A stretch of DNA of 64,000 bases from the human T2T-CHM13v2.0 reference genome, Homo sapiens, in assembly GCF_009914755.1 (NCBI RefSeq), contig NC_060947.1. The stretch is one strand, 5' to 3'. Positions within the stretch are counted from its first letter, which is position 1, and every line of letters starts with the position of its first letter. Position numbers and translations under genes: made by a program. Positions 41,324 to 55,684 of this stretch are shown one piece after another. A model generated the notes under the pieces. That model was not told the DNA's origin. It made no database searches and was given only the letters and a program-made list of their open reading frames with translations.

Positions 41324-41944
41324 GGCACTTTGAAAGACAGCCTGGCAGTTCTTCTGAAGGTTAAACATAGAGTTACCATTTGACCCAGCAATTCTGCTCC
41401 CTAATATATATATATATATACTCAAGAGAAATGAAAACACACATGCACACAAAAATTTGTACCAAAGTGCTCCTAGCAGCACTATTTACAATTGCCAAAA
41501 GGTGGAAACAACTCACATGTCCATCAATGGATGAATGGACAAACAAATGCTGGCATATCCATACAATGGAATATCATTGAACCTTAAAAAGAAATGAAGT
41601 ACTGGCACATGCTACAGTATGGATAAACTTTGAAACATTATGCTAAGCAAAAGAAGCCAGATGCAAAAGACATATACTGTGTAACCTTATTTTTATGAAA
41701 TGTTCAGAATAGGCAAATTCGGAGGACAGAAAGTAGATTAGTGTGTTGTTTAGGACTAGTTTCGGGGGTGATGGCTAAGGAGTATGGGGCTTCTTTTAAG
41801 GGTAATGAAAATGTTCTGGAATGAGTGGTAAAGGTTGCATAACTCTGAATATATACTAAAAACAACCTAATTGTGCACTTCACAGATGTGAGTTGCGTGG
41901 TATGTGAATTGCATCTCAATAAAGCTGTTACTAAAATTCAGGAA
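41324..41944 (+). mobile_element. L1MB 3' end
   Basis: aaacatagagttaccatttgacccagcaatt...gaattgcatctcaataaagctgtt; TSD aaaaag(c/a)tgggcaga at 41309-41323 and 41945-41959. Confidence 0.87.
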
Positions 41945-43579
41945 AAAAAGATGGGCAGAAAAAGAAAGGCCTTTGGGGGAAATGTCCTAAAGATAGGATA
42001 GTCAACAGCAAGTACTGGGGCAGATACACAGGAATAAGAGCAGGTCAAGAGAGTGTTCCAAAACAAGGGTCACATGCCAGGGACAAGCCATGTAAGATCG
42101 GGACTTCATTTCTTCTTTCCACCTCTTTTTTCTCCTGCCTGGATAAAAAGACATCTCAGCTGTGGTCCTGAGAAGACAGGAGAGGCTAGAACCTCTCATA
42201 CTGAGGCCCGAGGACCTGTACTTATGCAAAAGCTTCAGAATAGATGAACAAAACAGAAGCTAGAGGCAGAAGATAGAGGCAGAGACCAAATGAGAGGAAA
42301 GGACAAGATCCTTCCTACTGAGAAATCTTAGGATAATCATCTAGTCTTTTCCAAGTGACCAGTTTTATCCTGGAAGAAATAAATTTTGTCAACTGCTGGT
42401 CCCACAAAACTAGACACCAGTGGGGCATCACATGATGAAGTAGAATGGCCCTTGAATAAATACCCATTATTTTGGCAAAGTTGTCGCCAAAGAGCACTGA
42501 GTATGTTGTTTTCTATGCAGGACCCTAAATAAAGCGTTTTAACCATGCCCCCCCAAAAAGGCAAAGGGGCTTACAATCTAAATTCATATAGCACATATGG
42601 ATATTAGACCATGAGTTCCATCTGTGTAAAGACTTCATATCATTTACATCTGTATGTCCAGCATTCCGCAGGGAACCTGCATAATACAGCTGCACAGTGA
42701 GGGTTCCTTACCTTACCAGTCACTGAATTAATAAATGAATGAAGCAAATGGACATGTAATAAAAAACCAGCAGCACACTTAAAGGTTGGAATATAGGAGA
42801 AATTAAATTCCTGTGTAGAGGGGTAAGGAAGTGAGGGAAAATATTAAAAGTTCCCGGGTTAGTTGAGTGGAGCCTAGTTTGAGTTGCCAGTTCAGACCAG
42901 CCAGGAAAAATACCTGAGTAGAGCTGACCTAGTCTGAGATGGTAGGCTGTGATGGACCTGGGGGAAACAGAGAGGCAGGCCTAGTCCACAAGCTTCCAGT
43001 TCCAACGTTTGAAAACACTGTGCCCAACCAATGAACCTGTAGGCCCAATTTGGCCTAAAGGCCATACTTCGCAACCTGTGAGAAGGCTTATTAAGAGGAG
43101 GTAGCAGTCAGAGATATTTGAATTAAGGAAGAAAGAAAGCTTATGAGTTGTGGGGGGTGTGCATTCCAGGGTCAAGTTCGGACAGATTGCTCAGAAGAAG
43201 GGGACTTTGACTGAGGGAGACTGAGAGGCCAGCCAAGGGAGAAAGAAGAGACTGGAGAAATGAAGTTAACTAGAGCTGTCAGGCAAGAGACAAAGTCCTG
43301 GCAAGAGAAAAATAAGAAGCTACCCTAGGGGAAAGAGACAGAATGCGTTACTCCCTCCACTGGACTCCCATAGCACTTAGAGCATAATATCATAATCATT
43401 CACTGAGGTGCTTGTTTTACCACTAGACTGAGCACAGGGCCCATGTCTGATTCTTCTGTGCATGTGCCCCAATGTCCTGACAATGTTTTTAGACTGAATG
43501 AATAGTTGGATGAATGGATGACTGAATGAGAAGAGTATATTTAATGCAATCAATGGCTTAGGAAGCCATCCAAAAGAAG

Positions 43580-43960
43580 ACAAAAGTTCTATGTGTAAGG
43601 ATGCTTATTGCAGCATTATCTATAATAGTGAAAAATTGGAAATACTTAAGTCAATGATGGTGCTTCCACTCAATGGAATATTATGTGGCTATTAAAATGG
43701 TAATTATGAGGACGCCGTAGCAATACAGCAAATGATTATGATATAATGCTAAGCGACACAAGCAGAATATGAAATTGCAGCTACGCAATGATTACAAGTA
43801 TGTAAAAATGATCTATGCATATGGCCAAGCTTTGAAGAGGGGAGCATAAAAAATGAAAATGACTCATCATGGTGGCAGGATGGTCAGTGAATTATTTTTT
43901 TCTTTTCTTTGTATTTATGTTGATGTTGTTTATGCCATTACAAAGGAAAAAATAATGTTG
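43580..43960 (+). mobile_element. Old L1ME 3' fragment
   Basis: aaggatgcttattgcagcattatctataatagtgaaaaattggaaa...caatggaatattatgtggctattaaaa. Confidence 0.6.
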
Positions 43961-44179
43961 ATAGTTGGGAGACAAACTGAACCATGACCTTGAAAATTGG
44001 ACAGAGAGGGCTCGTGCTAGACATGGCGATCCCACATAAAAGGAGGCTGGGGCTGGGACTGCTGGCATGGGAAAGAAAAGGTGAATTTGGAAGATATATG
44101 TAGCTATTTTCTGCCTGCTCCCTCTTCTGCCAAGCTGTAACCTTGGAAGATTGTACTTGTGCTGTAATTGAGAGACTAA

Positions 44180-44980
44180 GGAATTTGAAATCCGAAGACC
44201 CAAAGTTCTGCTGCTTACCAACTCTGTGACATATTGAGCAGTTTATTAACCTCTCTGAGCCTCAGTGTGATGATCTGTAAAATGGAGATAGTGATTGTTT
44301 CCTCACAGGATGGTTGTGAGGATTAAGTGGCAGATAATGCATTTAAAAGCCATTTGTAAATGATGATGCCTGTAAAGCTATAAAGAGTTATTAGTATCAT
44401 TATCATCTTCATTATAGTTACTATTATGCCACCCAACTTGGCTTGAAATTCCACCCATAAGAGATTTATTTCAACAACAAGCAAACACCTCTGGAAGAAT
44501 TCAAAGGAGGAGCTATCAGTCATTCAAGAGTTGGTACAGCCTAGTCTAGGGCTTCTCAACTCTGGCTGCTGTTAGAATCACCTGTGAGATTAAAAAAAAA
44601 AATGATGACCAGTTCCTGCCCCTAACAAATTAAGTCAGAATATCTAGAGGTGGAGGCCAGGCAGGGCTATTTTTTAAAGCTCCCAATTTGCAGCTGCAGT
44701 TGAAATTTACTGGCAAAATGGGTCCTGAAGCCAGCCAGACAGCCCTGGCATTGAATTTCAGATTGAATTTTATCTTCTTCACTTACTAAGTGTGTGACCT
44801 TGGAGCAATTACACAATCTCTGCAAGCTTCACTTCCCTTATCTTTGACATGGAAAGAACAGTGGTACCTATCATATGGCTGTGGTGAGGATTAAATGTGT
44901 TAATACGTGTAAACCACTCTAGCACAATGCCTGGCACACAGTAAGTGCATGAATTGTTAGTTGTTTTTGTTATTTGTAGG
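44180..44980. mobile_element. MIR - MER5A - MIR cluster
   Basis: MIR cores at ~44250 and ~44800-44950; MER5A gcttctcaactctggctgctgttagaatcacctg at ~44550-44715. Confidence 0.65.
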
Positions 44981-45568
44981 CCCTGCACCAAGCCCACCCT
45001 CAGAAACACCTCCTGATCTTAGCGGGAGGGGAGAGAAGGTGCAGCATGGAGTCTGCCTTATCACTGCTCTTGCTTGGACTCTAATGCCAGGCTCCCAGTG
45101 GTTGTCCTCTTTGCCCAGATGTTCTAACACCTTGGGCTTCGGTTGATGACATGTGACTTTCACAGCAGGCTCTCCTTAATGAAAATTGGCTTCTCCTTGA
45201 GATCTCATATATCTAAATCCACATCCAGGCCTACTGTGTGCTGTGTACTGCTCTGGATTGATGCTTGAACCTTGGCTCTCAGGTCTTGGCAATTGGCCCA
45301 GATCCAATCTGCCCACTTTCACTTCAGCCTTGCCCTCTTGAGTCCCACCCAACCCAAGTCTTGCTTTTGAAGCATTTCTGACAAGAAAAACTGCCAGATT
45401 TGTACACTCTGCCTTTCTGAAAAAGGGACAGAGATAAGACAAATGACTCCAGATTTTTACCTAATGGGGAAATAAGAAGATCAAAGGCTTCTGTGTTCAC
45501 TCTGTATAACCTACATTGGCAACAGAGAGTCAGCCAAAACCCAAAATGCCTTAACAGGTTTTGTACTC

Positions 45569-46032
45569 TGTATTAGTTTCCTATGGCTACTGTAACGAAT
45601 TACCACAAACTTGGTGGCTTAAAGCAACATACATTTATTTTCTCACAGTTAGGAATGCCTGAAGTCCACAATCAGTTCCACTAGGCCAAAATCAAGGTGT
45701 TGTCAGAGCCCTGCTCCCTCTGGAGGCTCTAGGAGAGAATCTATTCCTTGCCTCTTCCAGCTTTGGGTGGCTGCCGGCATTCCTTGGCTTGGGGCTGCAT
45801 CACTCTAATCCGCATGGTTACATTGCCTGCTCCTATTTTCTGTGTGTCAAAGTTCCCTGTGCCTTTCTTATAAGGAAACATGTGATTGCATATAGAACCT
45901 ACCCAGAAAATTCAGGATAATTTCCCCATCTCAAGACCTTTAACTTAAATCATATCTGCAAAGTGTTTTTTTTTTTTCTGGCATATAACATTTGGTGGAT
46001 ATATCTTGAGGGACCATTTTTCAACCTACCAC
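45569..46032 (-). mobile_element. MLT1C-like LTR
   Basis: tgtattagtttcctatggctactgtaacgaattaccacaaacttggtggcttaaa...ggaggctctaggagagaatc...caacctaccac. Confidence 0.82.
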
Positions 46033-47219
46033 GTGCTCTAAGGTATTTTCTTTTAATTCCCCTCAGGCCTTCTGCCATATCCCCTCCTGCTTGAGAAATG
46101 AGGCCATTCAAGCTTCACGACATTTGTTTGTGGCTCTTCTGTCTGTGTTTATGGTCTGTTTGCTTTTATTAGTTTGAATGACTGCTCCAGGGATCTGAGT
46201 GCCCCAGTGGCCTGGGAATTCTAGCATTCTTACAGGAGATTCCTTCTCTTTGACTATATTGATCTGGCCCTAGCTGGGCTGGACTTTGAATGGGCTGAGT
46301 GGTTTCTTTCTCTGGAGAGACTGAACAATTACTCGCCTGGAGCTTCCTGCCTCTGTCTGAGTCCAATGCCCTACCTTTGCATTCAGCTGCTTCCTGCTAG
46401 TACCCACTCCTTAGGCATAGGAGTGTTGTGGCTGGAGTAGGGGGCAGGGGCTATTGCAGGGGAGAGAACAAAGTGAGCATGGTTCCCATGCAGCATGCTG
46501 AGTGTGATGTTAGGAATCCTAAGGTGTTAGGAGCGCACAGAGTGGGGGCCCTGACCCAGATGGGAGGTGTGCGCAGGTGGTCAGGAATGCCTGGGCTGCC
46601 TCAGATAGAATGGCTATCTCACCTGCCCTAGTTATCCCTGCTCCAAGATGCTCTAGGGCATAGTACAGGTATAGCAGTTAGTGCACTTGGATTGGAGTCC
46701 TGGCTTTCTCATTAGATTGCTGTATGCCTTTGCCAGGCTACTTTAGCTTCTGAATCTCAGTTTCCTCTTGTACTAAAACTGAAAGGGGAGGGGTTAACAA
46801 TAGCTGTATTAGTGGGTTGTTGTGAGGATTCAGTGAACAGTGTAGGTGAAGGGCATTATGAAATATAAAGTACCATAACCTGTTCTAGTTGTTATTCTTA
46901 GCTCACCACTCACTCAATCTTTTCCTTACTTGCCCACTCTCCAGCTTCCTGCAGGCTATTTCATGCTAATCTTTTGTTTTAGCTAATTCAATCCTGATTC
47001 TTTCATTGTTTCCTGACTCATTCCTTGCTCTCCACACACCAGGGAACAATTTGTTTCTCACCTATTGTTCGGCTTCCAGTCAATCTCTTGCCAGTCATAC
47101 ATTAACATTTGCAAACAACCACATTTATAGAGAAGTATTATTTCAAAGGGGGTTGTTTATCAACTTCCTGAATTTATGCCCGGTCTAGACAAAAATTCTC
47201 TGTGGAGTAGCAACCACTC

Positions 47220-48730
<1,511 letters not shown>

Positions 48731-48938
48731 ATGAAAGAAGACCGAGAAAAATAGTCTAGAGGTAATCAACTCTCTTTGGGATGGGGAGAAAGGAGAGACA
48801 AGGCTTCAAAGAGGAGGTCAGGCTTGACCTAAATCATGAAGAATGACTGGGAGTCTACCAGGACGACAAGGGAGAAAAATTTCATGTCAAGAAGAAGAAA
48901 GAGCATGTTCAAAGGCTCAAAAACATAAAAAGTTATGG

Positions 48939-49073
48939 CCTATGCATATGAATTCTTCCAGACTCCACCTGTGTCTTTCTCCCTTAGGATCTGGCTATGT
49001 ATCTTTAATGCATCTTAATATCCTTAATAAATCACTGTAATAAATCTTAGCTATGAGTATCAAAAAACCCCAC
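48939..49073 (+). mobile_element. Short polyadenylated LTR-derived retrocopy
   Basis: TSD aaaagt(t/c)atgg at 48928-48938 and 49074-49084; two AATAAA; decayed A tail from 49062; body resembles the R region of MER21/MER68/MER77-type LTRs. Confidence 0.55.
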
Positions 49074-50983
49074 AAAAGTCATGGTGTACTCAAAGATTTT
49101 CTGATTTACTATACAGGCATCTTACTCTTATTTTAGATCCACGTTCCTGCTTTCTTCATAACCGAGGGAGCCTGAGTTCAGAATGATAAATACATTTCAT
49201 GCTGCACTCCAGCTGAATAGTAGGGATTGTTTGGAGTGTGCTGTCAAGGAGTCTGTGGCTGCAAATGGATTTAGTGGTAGACATGAGTGCCATGATTGAT
49301 TAGCAATATCTGCTGTAGGTGAAGGAGAAAGAAGTTGTAGCATATGTGCCGTTATGTTTGTCATACTGGCCTAGACTTTTCCCTTTTTATTTATCCTCTT
49401 CCTCATCATCTGAACCCTGGGTGTGAGGATGGGTTCTCCTCCACTAATCATGAATTGGCAACTCTCCACTTCCAAACAATATGGTCTTCATGAGAGAACG
49501 AATATTTGCTGAGAACTTATCCACTGATCAAGCATTGACTGAGTATGTACTTTATGCCAGAAACTGAAATTAGTCCCTGGGGATTCTATATAGAATACAT
49601 GATTGTCTGCTCAGTCAGATATCATTGTGTTGAACCAAACGGGATGAAGCCCAAATTTTGGGGTCCATGTTGAAATAAAGCATGGCTATCTTTATTTCCA
49701 GAACATGGGCAATGGCCAGATTTAACTCCAAGGCACCAGCATGCAGTAAAGTTCTGTTTATTGTGATCTAGTTCTACTTTTTTACCTTAGCTTCTGCTGT
49801 GTTTACTGGCCCAGTGAACACAGAAAAAAAGAGCTGTTTGCTTTTACAAAGACTTGTAAATCATACAAGCATAGTGAGCACAGTCTAGCACACTTTTTCT
49901 CACATTGTAATGGCTTAAAGCTTGTTCTGTGTGTCTGCTCTTATTTATACTGTACCTCTCATCTTTCTGTTTCTGCAGAAACCCCTGTATAGGTTCTAAT
50001 TCTCACTGCAGGATTGTTCTGGGTATTGTGTGGTGAAGATCTTGTCATATCGCAGACCTGCAGTGAGTGATAAAGAGGGCTCACTTAAATCCTTATAGAA
50101 GGCTCCAGGGCCAGTTCTGGAGACTCAAGAGTGGCAACGTTCCTCTCCAGCAAACTGGCTATGAGCTAGGTTATTGCTGTAGGCTAAACACTAGAATTGA
50201 AAGTGTGAACCCTTTCAAGGCCTCTGAAATTTGAAGCAGCAGAGTGAGGTTTTTTAGCAGCTGCTGGTTGGAAATGGGGAGGCAAAGGTAAGAGAACTTG
50301 GGGGCTGAGACATTCAGAGGGCCTCATGACCAAGCAACAGGAGGGGTGCAAGGCAGGGCAGAGGGAAAGGAAGACCATGTGAAGCTGCCAAGTCATATCA
50401 GCTCATCAGTGCATCTCAGTTACCTGGGTGCGAAGAGACCTGCTATTGATTGTAGTGTGTTCTGCATGTGAAAGGTGTGGAAGCAGGGGGAAATCCTTGA
50501 GAACCACTGGCCTAAACAGTGTTTCTATTTCAAGGAGAGGGCTTGGGGACTCAGTAAAGAAAGGTTTTCATTGCTTTTACTGGGGTTGTGGAATTCAAAA
50601 TCTATAGTGTAGAAGCCTGACGCTATGCTGTTACTATTTTCCGTAATTATTTTCTGTTTTCCCTCGGGGTTTAGTAAAATTCCTTTAGAGAATGTAAACT
50701 GTGCTATGGAAAACCAGAAAATGGGACTTTTTTTCAGTGTGGACCTGAGTTTTAAAGGACAGCAGGAAAGCCTAGAGGGTGAGGCATCATTCATTCATTA
50801 ATCAAAAGAGTTACATATTTTCATATGTTGGGCACTGTGCTAGGTGCTGAAGCTTGAAAGAAGAATAAGACACATCAGGGAACTTAGATTCTAATAGAAG
50901 GAGACATTCATGTAAACAAGTAGGTGCACTAAATAATCCAAATGGTTCTGAGATATAAATATAATCTTAATAGAGGCTGGTAC

Positions 50984-51366
50984 CATAGGGTAAGTAATGC
51001 TAGTTGCTGTAATAGATGCACTCCCAAATTTAAGTGACTTGACATAACAAAATGTATTTCTTGCTCACATCAGAGTTTATTGTGGGTCAGCTTGGGAAGG
51101 GAAGCTCCACTCCACAAAGTCATTTAGAGATACAGACCTGTTTCATCTTCCACTAAAGATCACTAAAAATCACCTATCTGGTGCATGGAAAGAGAGCCAG
51201 AGTGGAGAAGATGGACTCTCCAATACCATTTTGGCCCAGAAGTGACCCAGCATGTGGTCATGCGGCCTCATGTAGATGCAAGGGGGCTGGGAGATACAGT
51301 GTAATGACATGCAGAGGAGGATATTTGAAACAGGGTTTGATGAACATGTAGCCAGACTCTGCCACA
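50984..51366 (-). mobile_element. Old MLT1 (J/K/L-like) LTR
   Basis: aatgctagttgctgtaat...tgtatttcttgctcacat...ggcccagaagtgac...actctgccaca. Confidence 0.6.
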
Positions 51367-52059
51367 GATGGAATGGACAGTTCTACTTGGAAGGGGCAGG
51401 AGAGGCTTCATAGAGGAGGTGACAACTGCATGGAGTATCTAAAGAGAAAGAAGTGTTGGGTATTAGTGTGGAATAATGCCATAGGAAAAATGAAGCCCCA
51501 GAGGATGAATTGGGATTGTTACTACAGCCATTTCTTCCCATCTGGAGAGTCTCTTTCCAGAATTCATTTGACTTAAATCATTTAAATCTTCTCCACTCCA
51601 TACCCATCTTCTTCTTTCCTACTCATTCTGACAGTCTCACCTTAAATGCCACTTAATCCAGGGAAGTCTTACCTGATCGGTAGACTAGGCGAGGTTCTCC
51701 TGCTGTGTGATTCCATGATGTCCATTGTCCTTGTTGAGATGATTTAAATGTCTATCTTTCTTATGATACTGTAAGTCCCTTAAGGTCAGAGAACATGCCT
51801 GGTTTTATTCATCATTGTATCTCTTGGGATTAGCACTGTGTCTGTCACATAGTAGGCCTTTGATAAGTATTCATTGAATGACTAAGTTTGCCTTCCCAAA
51901 GCATCCTTTCCTACAGCACTTTTCTCAGTTATTCATGTGGTTGGTCAGTCAACAGATATTTCATCCTCATTAAGTGCTAGGTATTCTTTTGTATACTGGA
52001 GTTAGTGATGAATAAACATTGTCTATTTTTGTTTGATCATAAGTGCTTTCAGAGAAGGA

Positions 52060-52188
52060 TAGAGTGGCCAATTCATTCTGGTTTGCCTAGCGCTTTCCTG
52101 GCTTTAGCATAAAAGCGTCATATCCCAGGAACCTCTCCTCACTACCCATTCCCCAGTCCTGGGCAACCCAAGACAATTGGTCACCCTA
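52060..52188. mobile_element. MER81 (hAT-Blackjack MITE)
   Basis: TIRs tagagtggccaatt / aattggtcacccta; 8-bp TSD gag(a/t)agga at 52052-52059 and 52189-52196. Confidence 0.8.
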
Positions 52189-54841
52189 GAGTAGGATCTG
52201 ATTCTTTTCTCTACCCTAGATATCTAGCACCATAGCAGTATTCCTGATACATGATAAGTTTTCAACAAATAATTGTTGAGTGTCGGTGGGTGAGTCAGGA
52301 GATGATGTAGATGTGGGTTTGGATAAGTGGCTGGTTGGGTGAATGGATATGCTTGTTTTGGAACTTTTCAGAATCTGGAAAAAAGGAGAAGAGACACTTG
52401 GAGATTTAAAAACACTCAGGTAATGTCTACAGCAGAGGGCTGGGAGGGAGCGGGACAGCCTTTCAAGAGCTTAAGGTAGTAGCACTCTTCTTTGGGTGCT
52501 TGTCTGAATGTTACTGGTTTGGAGTTACCAATGGACCCAGAAGATAAATATCAGGGTGACATGACAAATAAAGTCCTCATCCCACTTTGCTAGTCACTAG
52601 TATTATTATGCCCTGGCTATGTCCTCAGGGGAGGTCAGGGTATAAATTAATATTTTCAAGACCTTGCTTTGGGGAAAAAATGCAATAAGCTTTGAGGTTA
52701 TTGCATGGAGGAGGGGTGTGGAAAGGTGAGAAAATAGCCACAACTACATAATTGCAGCTAATTATATTTTTCAAATGATTTAATGTAATATAGTTAATAA
52801 AATTGCATTTATTTTTTTTCTGCCCAGATTCCTGGTGAAGAGGGGTCAACCTTTTCAAATCATTATTTTAAGTACATTATAGTAGCTTTGTATTTTTAGA
52901 AATTCATTCTCTTCTGTCTTCAGGGATGCCCTCCAGCCCTACCCCTACCCTGCTTCCTCAAAGATGAGTCAGTTTGGGGAAGTCTTTTCAGACACCTCCA
53001 AACACTCAGAGTACTCTGTTCCTACCTTTTTATGGCAGCTACCCCTGAATATTACTGTGAGCTATAAGTGCCTTCTCTCCCTATTAGATGGATACTGCCT
53101 TGAGTACCGATATAGATTCAAATATCTACCCTGTCACTTAATACCCGTGTGACTTTCAGCTGGTTAGTTAACGTCTCTGAGCCTCAGCTTCCACTTCTAT
53201 GAATGGATAACATTGTTTATCTCATAGGATTTTTATAAGGCTTAAATGAGATAACATAGGAATCTCTTATCACACTGCCTGGCACAAGTGGGCCTTTGAT
53301 AAATGTTAGTTGCCCCCTTCCCCTTCTTTAAGGAAGTAACTGTGTGTTTTTCAATGTAATTTTGAATCTCCAGCACAGGGCCTGGCACACAGTGGGCTGC
53401 AAGTGTTTGTCAAATTGAACTGTCAAAGAACTATGGTCATTTTGATTACAATGACATAGTGTAAAAGGTGGGAAACACTATTAGGGGAGGCTGGTGCAAA
53501 AATATTTGCAGAGTGAAACACAAGCCATGGCCAGCTCATTAATTTCTGTCTTTACTGTTTCAGTGTTAACTATGTTAGTGTCCTTCTACCTCTTATTTAC
53601 TCTTTTGTTCATATTGTACCACTGGCATACTTATATCTTAACAATTAGCATATTATACACACTATGATAGAATCATATACTTATATTTTGTCTCCCTGAC
53701 CAGATTATAAATTCATTGAGTACACAGAATGTGCTTTATACATCTTTGTGTCTCTTGTACCTAAAATAATGCTTGGCATATACAGTATGTGCTTATTCAA
53801 TGTTTTCTTAACATTGGGTTGTTTTCACCTACTTTAGCATATCTACCTTTGGTAAGAAACTGCTTCCCTAATATGAATCATTTCTCTTCACTGAACTGAA
53901 GTTTCTTTTGAGGGTGGAAGCCATGTTTCTCCTATAGGGCCCAGCATAGGGTCAGGCCCACAGTGGGTGCTAATTGCATATTTAATTGACCCACACAGGT
54001 TCTTCCATAGTAGGGATATCTTTATGATATCATAAAGAACATTTCTGTTGAACTAAAGATTTACAAGACTCTGATATGGTCTCTTAATATTATACCATAT
54101 CAGATAAAATTTGATTTCAGTACAACCAAAGAACAAATAACAGTTTTCTTTCTTTTGAAAAAAGAAAAAGAAAATAATGTTACTGTTTTTATAAAAATTA
54201 AAAAGCAACAAATCACTTCAAATCACACCATCCAGAAATAATCAGTGTTAATATTTAGTGCACATCTTTTCAGACATCTCTCTATGCACATATTCAGAAA
54301 AGAGATAGATGGATGGCTAGCTAGATAAAAGTGATTTTATGAAAATGGGATCATAGTGTGCAGGCCAGTTTTATTAAAAAGTATTGTTTAATTTTACTTG
54401 AATTTAGCAGAAGACTCAAATGAAACCACAGGAATTGACAACCTTTGGATAAATATTATGTCACTTCAAGAGATACTGACTCCGCACTACAGAAGATAAG
54501 ATTTTCACTGTTATACCTCCTCTCACCTCTTTCCCAACTTCCAGGTTTTTATTAGTTATGTCTTTACTCTGTCAATGTTGTTAACTTTTATATGCTGCTC
54601 TGCCACCAACATTACCCCAATTATTTAGGGGATGTATATATAGCATATAGTATAAATATTTATTTATTCACTTAAATGAATTCAATGCTCCACCTCTATT
54701 CCTTTATCATGGCCTCTCTACTCCCAGATTTTTACATTTTATTTTTCTTTTGGTTGGCTGGATTACTTAGAAGGTCTTATGAATGCTGTATTTCTGAGTT
54801 CTGTTAGTTGCTTTTTTATTTGAAAAAGTAGTCGACTGACT

Positions 54842-55134
54842 GGCTGGGCACGGTGGCTCACGCCTGTAATACCAGCACTTTTGGACGCCGAGGTGGGCGG
54901 ATTACGAGGTCGGGAGATCGAGACCATCCTGGCTAACACGCGGAAACCCTGTCTCTACTAAAAATACAAAAAAATTAGCCGGGCGTGGTGACGGGCTCCT
55001 GTAGTCCTAGCTTCTCAGGAGGCTGAGGCAGGAGAATGGCGTGAACCCGGGAGGCGGAGTTTGCAGTGAGCCGAGATCGCGCCACTGCTCTCCAGCGTGG
55101 GCGACAGAGCAAGACTCCGTCTCAAGAAAAAAAA
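54842..55134 (+). mobile_element. Alu, AluY-like (young, CpG-rich)
   Basis: gagatcgagaccatcctggctaacacg and gagaatggcgtgaacccgggaggcggag diagnostics; TSD aaaaagtagtcgactg at 54823-54838 and 55135-55150. Confidence 0.93.
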
Positions 55135-55684
55135 AAAAAGTAGTCGACTGGGTATGATATATTTGAGTGTCACTTAAACTTTCTCTCAATATTTTATAGA
55201 CCTGTACCATTGTCTTTTGATATAGAATATTGCCGTGAAGTCTAAGGCCCGGCTGATTTTTCCTTCATATAAAAATCTTGCTTGTTTTTCTGCCTATACA
55301 TCTAAATAGTTATTTGTTTATCCTTGATATTCAAAACCTTACTTACCATAGGTCTCAACTCAAGTCACTCTTAAATTTTTTCTAGAGCATAGTATGCCCT
55401 TTCTGTCTACAGATTCACTTCTTTAATTTCAGAGAAATTTTCCTCTATTATATTCCTAAATACCTTTTCTGTACAATTTGTTGGCTTCTCCATAGACTTT
55501 AGGGATCCTAACCAGCCTAGTTAGATTGTCTTCATTTTCCATAACTACTGTCCTGTCTATGATTGAATTAATCCCTTTGTCTTTTACCTTTGTTTCACTA
55601 TGATTATCACAATACTTCCTTTCATGTCAGTGATTTTATTTTCAGTCATGGCTATTTTGTGCCATGCTGTTTCTATGTAATTTA

